IMG/VR virus record: IMGVR_UViG_3300005805_000208
Span: 1-38,763 of that record
DNA length: 38,763 nt
Source of the DNA: a virus
Taxonomy: Duplodnaviria; Caudoviricetes
Direction: 5' to 3' (one strand)
Part shown: one piece after another, positions 33,688 through 38,763 of the stretch
Numbering within the stretch: position 1 is the first letter of the stretch
Layout: the number at the start of each line of letters is the position of its first letter
Translations under genes and position numbers: made by a program
Notes under the pieces: model-generated
The model's input: the letters and a program-made list of their open reading frames with translations, nothing else
Database searches by the model: none
Told to the model about the DNA's origin: nothing

Positions 33688-33739
33688 TCGGTTAAGTTTG
33701 AGATCCTTGGGAGACCAAGCCAAGGATCTCGGTTAAGTT
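33688..33739. repeat. 11-bp inverted repeat flanked by 11-bp direct repeats
   Basis: GAGATCCTTGG (33700-10) / CCAAGGATCTC (33720-30); TCGGTTAAGTT at 33688 and 33729. Confidence 0.8.
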
Positions 33740-34385
33740 AAATCAAATGTTCAGGGAATTCTATTTTAGGTTCTATGGTTGGGAAATGTCGATTGTTTTT
33801 GTATATATCGAGTGGAATAAAATGATTTTGTTTTTTTAGTTGATGGCGATAAAAAAGACAAACCATTTCTTTTTCAGACAAATCAGAAAGCATTAATAAT
33901 CTAAAGCGTTCTCGAATCTTTTCTAATTCCAAGACGCGATAATCATTTTTTCCATAAAGATCCGCCCTGATCCATCGCAATCGGTCAAAATCGTTTAACA
34001 AAGGTGAGGATTCTCGAATTTGTCGTGGGCTTTTTGGTAAAACCCAAAGGTCACGAGACGCCTCAAAGGTATGAAGTTCTAGTAACCAGTGAGGATGGTA
34101 AGTCACTATACCGTATTGACTTGAAGCGTCAGGATATCCGTAATTGATTTTACATTTTTGACAAACCCAAAATCCTATGTGAAAAGTGTTTTTACACTTC
34201 AGTGATTTGAATTTGAGAATGGATCCCGAAAACAAACGATCGCATCCGTCACAAATCCAAGTTTTTTCGTTTAGGCCAAGGCCTCGACCGGAATTAAGAA
34301 AAGGTTGATCGTCGTTGTAACGCTGGTCGTGTAGAATTTTCTCGTACGCTTCAACGCGAAGTTGCTCTAAAAAATCGCTCTCCAT
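33738..34385 (-). CDS. Hypothetical protein with CxxC motifs (215 aa)
   Basis: GGAG RBS; CDGC and CQKC zinc-ribbon-like pair. Confidence 0.7.
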   Translation of the reverse strand: MESDFLEQLRVEAYEKILHDQRYNDDQPFLNSGRGLGLNEKTWICDGCDRLFSGSILKFKSLKCKNTFHIGFWVCQKCKINYGYPDASSQYGIVTYHPHWLLELHTFEASRDLWVLPKSPRQIRESSPLLNDFDRLRWIRADLYGKNDYRVLELEKIRERFRLLMLSDLSEKEMVCLFYRHQLKKQNHFIPLDIYKNNRHFPTIEPKIEFPEHLI

Positions 34386-34412
34386 AAATTATCTCCAAGG
34401 GTGTGGTTAGGT

Positions 34413-34547
34413 TTAGTTAATTAGTTTCCACCCGCTCCAAAAACAATTAACAAGAAAATGCCCTACAATGCCAAAAGAAAAAACAAATATGCTCAAGATC
34501 AGCAGACTTAAGCTTCCCTTTAGTATTTTGGTTAGGATCTCTCGCAT
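34413..34547 (-). CDS. Small hydrophobic peptide (44 aa; not in track), possibly leaderless
   Basis: MREILTKILKGSLSLLILSIFVFSFGIVGHFLVNCFWSGWKLIN; ATG lies 7 nt downstream of a candidate -10 box; no RBS. Confidence 0.5.
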   Translation of the reverse strand: MREILTKILKGSLSLLILSIFVFSFGIVGHFLVNCFWSGWKLIN

Positions 34548-34556
34548 TTGTATAAT
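34528..34556 (+). promoter_or_regulatory. Candidate plus-strand sigma70 promoter
   Basis: TTGGTT (34528-33), 17 bp, TATAAT (34551-56). Confidence 0.5.
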
Positions 34557-34583
34557 TGAACATAATTAATGAAAATTAGTCAA
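34555..34583 (-). promoter_or_regulatory. Candidate minus-strand early promoter
   Basis: TTGACT (34583-78), 17 bp, TTCAAT (34560-55), right after a terminator and upstream of the recombination/replication genes. Confidence 0.55.
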
Positions 34584-34586
34584 TAT

Positions 34587-34620
34587 AAATAAAAATCCCG
34601 GCGAGGAGCAATCGCCGGGA
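34587..34620 (-). terminator. Intrinsic terminator ending the lysis/late transcript
   Basis: TCCCGGCGA(7 nt)TCGCCGGGA followed on the minus strand by TTTTTATTT. Confidence 0.75.
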
Positions 34621-34751
34621 CCCTTAACCACAAATAAAAGTAGGTTTAACTACTTTTGGCTTGGAGGAGCCTAGAGTTATATCTATATCATCCTTACATC
34701 CATTTGGGGCTAAACTAAATAAAACGATAGGGGTGTCCCGATATATCGTTT

Positions 34752-34776
34752 AAGGCCCCCCAACGGGGGCCTTTTT
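34752..34776 (+). terminator. Intrinsic terminator with U-tract on the plus strand
   Basis: AAGGCCCCC-AAC-GGGGGCC-TTTTT. Confidence 0.7.
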
Positions 34777-34777
34777 G

Positions 34778-35302
34778 CTAAAACCGAACGCCCAACCGTA
34801 AGGCATAGTCCATCGTATAACGGTCTAAAATCTCTTTATTTCGCGTTAAATCGATTCCGATAACTAACGCACCCAAGGTCCGTTCTATGAATAAGCCATA
34901 GCCATTGGGCTTATATATGCCCCCTACGGCCCATTTAGGGTCAACGCCTGGATCTTGGGTAGAGATAGGGACATCCACCCCGCCGATGATAGTGCCGTCG
35001 GGAGAATTGGCAATAACCCTAAAGCTGGAATCCGGCAACCGAACCAATGCTAGGTTCACCCTGATTTCGGGGCAATCTTTAGGTTTAATAATGATTTCGG
35101 CTTGACGGGTTAATTCCGAACCTGGCGGGATAATAGGTTTTGAGATCTCAAATCCAGGCTTTCGCTCAAGTATTAACGATTTGTCAGCTTGGCGGATTTC
35201 GGGTTGGTAGGTCTCAATACGGGTTTTTGGTTTATATATTTTATAGCCAAAGCCAAGACCCAATCCAATCCCAACAATAAGGCTTAGGACGATCTGCTTC
35301 AT
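34778..35302 (-). CDS. Lysis-associated membrane-anchored protein (Rz/spanin position)
   Basis: N-terminal TM segment; last gene of the lysis block; C-terminal alternating beta strands ending LGVRF. Confidence 0.55.
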   Translation of the reverse strand: MKQIVLSLIVGIGLGLGFGYKIYKPKTRIETYQPEIRQADKSLILERKPGFEISKPIIPPGSELTRQAEIIIKPKDCPEIRVNLALVRLPDSSFRVIANSPDGTIIGGVDVPISTQDPGVDPKWAVGGIYKPNGYGLFIERTLGALVIGIDLTRNKEILDRYTMDYALRLGVRF

Positions 35303-35529
35303 TGATCCTTCTTGGAGAATTTATCAATCGTAGAAGCGCCTAGGCAAACGCATATCACCGTTACGGCTCCATCAATCAACGATTGGGATACTGAAACATC
35401 AAAAGGCGTAACGGCATTTATAAAAAGAGCCAAAAAAAGTATGCCACTTCCAATCAGGGCGATAACTCTCTTCGTTGAGGGAGAATCGGTTTCATCTAAA
35501 ACCATTTTAGAAATAAAATCTTTAATCAT
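35299..35529 (-). CDS. Holin-like protein (2 TM)
   Basis: PSTKRVIALIG motif, two hydrophobic helices, DKFSKK tail; in the lysis block. Confidence 0.65.
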   Translation of the reverse strand: MIKDFISKMVLDETDSPSTKRVIALIGSGILFLALFINAVTPFDVSVSQSLIDGAVTVICVCLGASTIDKFSKKDQ

Positions 35530-35870
35530 CCCTTTTTCCTTGTTTTGCTTTTAATTTTTTCAGCGACTTCAAAAATATCAGATCCTTCGTTTTTGATTAT
35601 AAATTTTGCAACGGAGGACATTAGAGCGAAGCCAATAAATCCGCAGATGAACGCCACCGCGCTCTCATAAATATACCGATCGGATTCTTTGAATTCAAGG
35701 CCAAGTTGTCCCAAGATTGGTTGAGCAAAAATGACCGCAAAACCAACCGAGACGCCCCCCCTGATGAAAGCATCTTTTATATTTCGCGGAGGCAAGAAGC
35801 TTAAAATACTTAAGCCACCAAGAAGGCCACCCAAGAATGAGGAAAGTTTGGCGGATAAGTATTCGAGCAT
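35526..35870 (-). CDS. Holin-like protein (3 TM)
   Basis: Three hydrophobic segments and a basic C-terminus; downstream of the endolysin. Confidence 0.7.
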   Translation of the reverse strand: MLEYLSAKLSSFLGGLLGGLSILSFLPPRNIKDAFIRGGVSVGFAVIFAQPILGQLGLEFKESDRYIYESAVAFICGFIGFALMSSVAKFIIKNEGSDIFEVAEKIKSKTRKKG

Positions 35871-35871
35871 A

Positions 35872-35934
35872 TTAAAAAACCTTCTCTTTCAATTTAGTTA
35901 AAATTCGATTGTAAATGTGTATAAACCACTTCAT
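35872..35934 (-). CDS. 20-aa cationic amphipathic peptide (not in track)
   Basis: MKWFIHIYNRILTKLKEKVF; AAGGA RBS; stop is 1 nt before the holin ATG. Confidence 0.4.
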   Translation of the reverse strand: MKWFIHIYNRILTKLKEKVF

Positions 35935-35980
35935 ATAGATCCTTTTCTATAATTTTATCTTTTATTGATTTTTTTTGGGA

Positions 35981-36088
35981 TTAACGGCCTTGGCCTCTGT
36001 AAAGCTTGGTTGTTTTACACTTAGGGCCAACCTTTGGGCTTTTTGTTTTATGGGTTTTGTTTTTGTGTTGGTGATTTAGCTTAGCCAT
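35981..36088 (-). CDS. 35-aa basic protein ending YRGQGR (not in track)
   Basis: MAKLNHQHKNKTHKTKSPKVGPKCKTTKLYRGQGR; the terminal YRGQG motif is typical of a small basic protein family in aquatic phages; start overlaps the endolysin stop. Confidence 0.75.
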   Translation of the reverse strand: MAKLNHQHKNKTHKTKSPKVGPKCKTTKLYRGQGR

Positions 36089-36578
36089 TAAATTCCCATA
36101 TTCTTACTAAGGGATAAGTTCTTTTACCCTCGGCGGTATAGACCTCACCGCGAAGCTCTCGTCTTGGCAATTTTCCGGACGCTAGGCCCAAATGCACACA
36201 TCCCCGCTCTTGTATGAGCTGGTCGATATCGGCCATCCAGGAAGGATGATTGGCCAAGAGATAAAAACAATTATGAAGGTCATCCGCATTTTTTACCCTA
36301 GCTGGAAACATATCAACGGCTAACCCCATAATATGTGCCGAAGTCTTGCTTCCACCGATTGCGGTATTTAGCCGTTCCGGTCTCCATCCGCTATTTATAT
36401 TTATTTTACACTCTAAGATTTTGGATGCTTCTTCAACCTTAATGGCTACCCTTTTGATATTTTCGATAACCTCATTTGGAGGATCCGATAAATCGATGTT
36501 CAGTGAAAGCGCGGTTGAAGATTTACAAAAATCCCTCAGCTGATAATGTTCGCTTACTTGTAGATCAAGCTTTAACAT
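36081..36578 (-). CDS. Endolysin, peptidase M15A family
   Basis: SEHYQLRDF..S.TA, INSGWR...LN.AIGGSKTSAH..GLAVD, DQLIQE..CVHLG (zinc ligands H, D, H). Confidence 0.9.
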   Translation of the reverse strand: MLKLDLQVSEHYQLRDFCKSSTALSLNIDLSDPPNEVIENIKRVAIKVEEASKILECKININSGWRPERLNTAIGGSKTSAHIMGLAVDMFPARVKNADDLHNCFYLLANHPSWMADIDQLIQERGCVHLGLASGKLPRRELRGEVYTAEGKRTYPLVRIWEFNG

Positions 36579-36747
36579 CGGGGTTAATTTGAGTAGACGC
36601 TTGACGCTGAATTTCGCTTATCAAATCGGCAACAAGATGAAAGGGTTGAGATGCCAGTGCATTTATCACTTTATTGGCATTTTCTAAATTGAGGGTCAGC
36701 GTGATCTCAGTTGGCGCGATTGGGGTTGCCGTTTGTTTGGGTGACAT
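36565..36747 (-). CDS. Small helical protein typical of fibre-adjacent genes (start ATG 36747)
   Basis: AGGAG RBS; LTLNLENANKVINALASQPF..VADLI.EIQRQA pattern. Confidence 0.7.
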   Translation of the reverse strand: MSPKQTATPIAPTEITLTLNLENANKVINALASQPFHLVADLISEIQRQASTQINPDVKA

Positions 36748-36843
36748 ATTTATCTCCTGGGTGAAACCAAAGTATATTACAAAGCCGACTTGCAAAACCC
36801 TACAAGTTTGAAATTAGGGCTTGGGACTTCTTCGGGCTTCATA

Positions 36844-37209
36844 TTAGGCAACGGGAGGAAAAGGATTCAGAACGGGATTCCAAGGTAAGGGGGGATAAAC
36901 AATTGGTGGGTTAATCTGAGCCTCGATGCTTTCGGCAATCGTCTTTTCAGTATTTTCTTCTAGTGTAGGGTTTGCAGTAAAACACCAATTAAGCACTTGA
37001 TCTTCTGTTAAATCTTGGTAAGGTGTAAAATCGGTTAATTCACTTACATTAAAACTGACGCCACCAATTTGTGATGATGAAAAAGTTTTGCCATTAATCG
37101 TTTGTTTGCCAATACAATTCCAAGTAGCGGAAATAACTACATCAGTCTCACCCTCGTATTTCGGATAACAGCTCATAGATGTAATCGACCATTTATATTC
37201 AATAGCCAT
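36844..37209 (-). CDS. Fibre-associated conserved phage protein (121 aa)
   Basis: YKWSI..M...P......DVV....W...G...FTPYQDLTEDQVLNW...INPP....PLPW pattern, common next to fibre genes. Confidence 0.75.
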   Translation of the reverse strand: MAIEYKWSITSMSCYPKYEGETDVVISATWNCIGKQTINGKTFSSSQIGGVSFNVSELTDFTPYQDLTEDQVLNWCFTANPTLEENTEKTIAESIEAQINPPIVYPPLPWNPVLNPFPPVA

Positions 37210-37286
37210 TATGCACCTTCTTTTCTTTGTGCTTGTGCTTGGACTTCTTGCTGGATCTCGAAGTTCATAGTTTTCTCCTTTTGTAA

Positions 37287-37469
37287 TTATAGCAATTCTC
37301 GTAATTTTGCGTGAACAATGGTCATTACTTCTTTCATATTTTCTTCTCGGCTCTTGGCGGTATCAATCTCATAAGGGCTTTGTTCAAAGTCGTAGGTATG
37401 CCAAGCCCCGTCTTGGTCGGTATATTCAAAGCCGATTAACTTGGCAGAGTTGTATTTTGTTTTGAGCAT
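37287..37469 (-). CDS. Small hypothetical protein (60 aa)
   Basis: GAGG RBS; follows the adhesin gene. Confidence 0.6.
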   Translation of the reverse strand: MLKTKYNSAKLIGFEYTDQDGAWHTYDFEQSPYEIDTAKSREENMKEVMTIVHAKLRELL

Positions 37470-37475
37470 AAAACC

Positions 37476-38114
37476 TCAAGAAAAAGTAACATATATGTCG
37501 TATATTTCAAAGTAGGCGTAGGCGTAATCCCATAATTCGTAGTAGCCGTCATAATACCAAGAGTAACTTCCCGATACCTTTATTTTTAGTTGATCTCTAT
37601 TGCTAATTGACAAACTTGCACTCGTGGAAGTAACAATAGACCCATCGCTACCCTGATTAGCACTTCTTGATCTAAGAATTGTAGAATAACTCGTGCCACC
37701 ATTTGTAGAAATATCTATTGACGCACTATCATTCATAAAACCGCTATAAGCACCAACAAACTTGTTATTTATTTTTACAACAGCGGTTGAGGATGAACCT
37801 GAAGCGTGAGAATAAACAACATATCCGTTAGAGCCTGAGTATTCGTTTGAACTTGGGTATAAATACCCAAAAGTTGAAGTATCACCAAAACTGCCGTCCT
37901 TTGTTTTGGCAGAATCATACTCCGTCATCGTTCCGAATGCGGTTGTTACAGAAGAACTGCTCCACCTCACATCTTCTGCTCTGACCCAAACCTCTTTCCA
38001 CACTCCCCCGTCTTTTACATAAACACTTTGAACGGGTGTCCAAGCGTTTGATACTTTTACTTGTGGGTCGGTTATGCTTACCCAATTCCCGTTGGCTTTA
38101 ACCTGAAAAGTCAT
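37476..38114 (-). CDS. Putative fibre-tip adhesin (212 aa)
   Basis: N-terminal three-Trp segment (NGNW, SNAW, GGVWKEVW); aromatic-rich C-terminal domain similar to that of 3549..4739; starts 1 nt after the fibre stop. Confidence 0.7.
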   Translation of the reverse strand: MTFQVKANGNWVSITDPQVKVSNAWTPVQSVYVKDGGVWKEVWVRAEDVRWSSSSVTTAFGTMTEYDSAKTKDGSFGDTSTFGYLYPSSNEYSGSNGYVVYSHASGSSSTAVVKINNKFVGAYSGFMNDSASIDISTNGGTSYSTILRSRSANQGSDGSIVTSTSASLSISNRDQLKIKVSGSYSWYYDGYYELWDYAYAYFEIYDIYVTFS

Positions 38115-38115
38115 T

Positions 38116-38763
38116 TTAGTATTTCAACCATATATCGCCATTACTACCCCCCGTTGCCGATGAAGATGAAATAGTAATGTTATTAGAAGTCGATGAACCG
38201 CCATTAGAATACATACCCGTTTGAGCTTTGAAGTGTGCCTTAGATACTTTTCTAAAGTAATTGTCGCCATTGGTGGTAATAACTTGATCTACTGTATCAT
38301 TTTCTGAGTTGCTTGAGGTTTGGTTGAAATGAACTGCGTGAATATATCCCGCAGGTGCGTAAATATGCCTACCAAATGTGGCATCATTATTAGTGAGGTT
38401 TATTTCAAGAGGCCAATAGCCATTAGTTGTAGCCCAAGTAGTCGTATCATTTCCACCTCGCAAGATATAAAATATATTGCTATTACAATGAATCATCGCT
38501 GAATTGTGGTTTGTATCTCTCAGGTAAATCGTAGCACTAGCATCTCTTAACTGTAAGGCACCTTGAGAAAATTGATTATTTGAGTCATTTATTATGTTAA
38601 AAGAATTAGCATAAGTATATGGGACAGTTAAATTACCACTCATATCAAGTTGTAATCTATTTGCACTTGCAGACCAACCGCCAATCCTGAAAACATTGTC
38701 AGGGTCAAGACCCATATTTACTGCGTAGTAACCACCACGATGGAATGACATCGAAGCCGAACC
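38116..38763 (-). CDS. C-terminal part of a long tail fibre (open to the right edge)
   Basis: Frame open to 38763 (GSAS-MSFHRGGYYAVNMGLD...IGGWS); ATIYLRDTNHNSAMIHCNSN.FYILRG and terminal TGGSNGDIWLKY fibre motifs. Confidence 0.85.
   Translation of the reverse strand, partial: GSASMSFHRGGYYAVNMGLDPDNVFRIGGWSASANRLQLDMSGNLTVPYTYANSFNIINDSNNQFSQGALQLRDASATIYLRDTNHNSAMIHCNSNIFYILRGGNDTTTWATTNGYWPLEINLTNNDATFGRHIYAPAGYIHAVHFNQTSSNSENDTVDQVITTNGDNYFRKVSKAHFKAQTGMYSNGGSSTSNNITISSSSATGGSNGDIWLKY

Larger units (their letters stand above)
34563..34776 (+). ncRNA. Candidate structured small RNA (about 210 nt)
   Basis: Bounded by a plus-strand promoter and a plus-strand intrinsic terminator; four hairpins; no credible ORF. 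Confidence 0.3.

Noticed and set aside
37476-38763. Diversity-generating retroelement or invertible shufflon acting on fibre tips
   Set aside because: No reverse transcriptase, no template/variable repeat pair with adenine-specific mismatches, no invertase or inverted crossover sites seen.
1-38763. Alternative genetic code or stop-codon reassignment
   Set aside because: Core genes are full length under the standard code, and TAA, TAG and TGA all end well-supported genes.

Overview
The window is a tailed dsDNA phage (Caudoviricetes, siphovirus-type long non-contractile tail) and is probably a complete or nearly complete circularly permuted genome. One tail-fibre gene runs off the left edge (start 1554, minus strand), and a fibre C-terminal half enters in the same frame at the right edge. 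Almost all genes are on the minus strand. In transcription order they are: ERF-type recombinase, RusA, DUF1376/YdaU-like replication initiator with an internal iteron/AT-rich origin candidate, small early genes, ParB-like protein, small and large terminase, portal, Mu gpF/SPP1 gp7-like head protein, HK97-type protease/scaffold, major capsid, neck proteins, tail tube, tail chaperone, tape measure, a GTA-like tail tip (DUF2460, DUF2163, NlpC/P60, central tail protein), several fibre/adhesin genes and an M15 peptidase/holin lysis block. Two plus-strand islands interrupt this: 20.2-22.4 kb (Ref-like nuclease plus a gene array with repeated hairpin-RBS leaders) and 27.8-29.2 kb (metallophosphoesterase). 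I saw no integrase, recognisable repressor, DNA polymerase, methyltransferase, tRNA or CRISPR array. The most notable observations are: (1) an apparent -1 frameshift at an A10 run that would fuse the portal to the gpF-like protein; (2) a head-tail adaptor carrying domains shared with the tail tip and fibre proteins, suggesting a modular docking chain for neck-anchored fibres; (3) two parallel fibre + Trp-triplet adhesin gene pairs; (4) a possible fibronectin-III fold split over three ORFs, and two interleaved Ig domains; (5) a cassette-like early gene array with covarying hairpin leaders inserted antisense into the head operon; (6) a promoter- and terminator-bounded, hairpin-rich candidate sRNA at 34.56-34.78 kb. 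All family calls come from motif recognition by eye; no database search was run.
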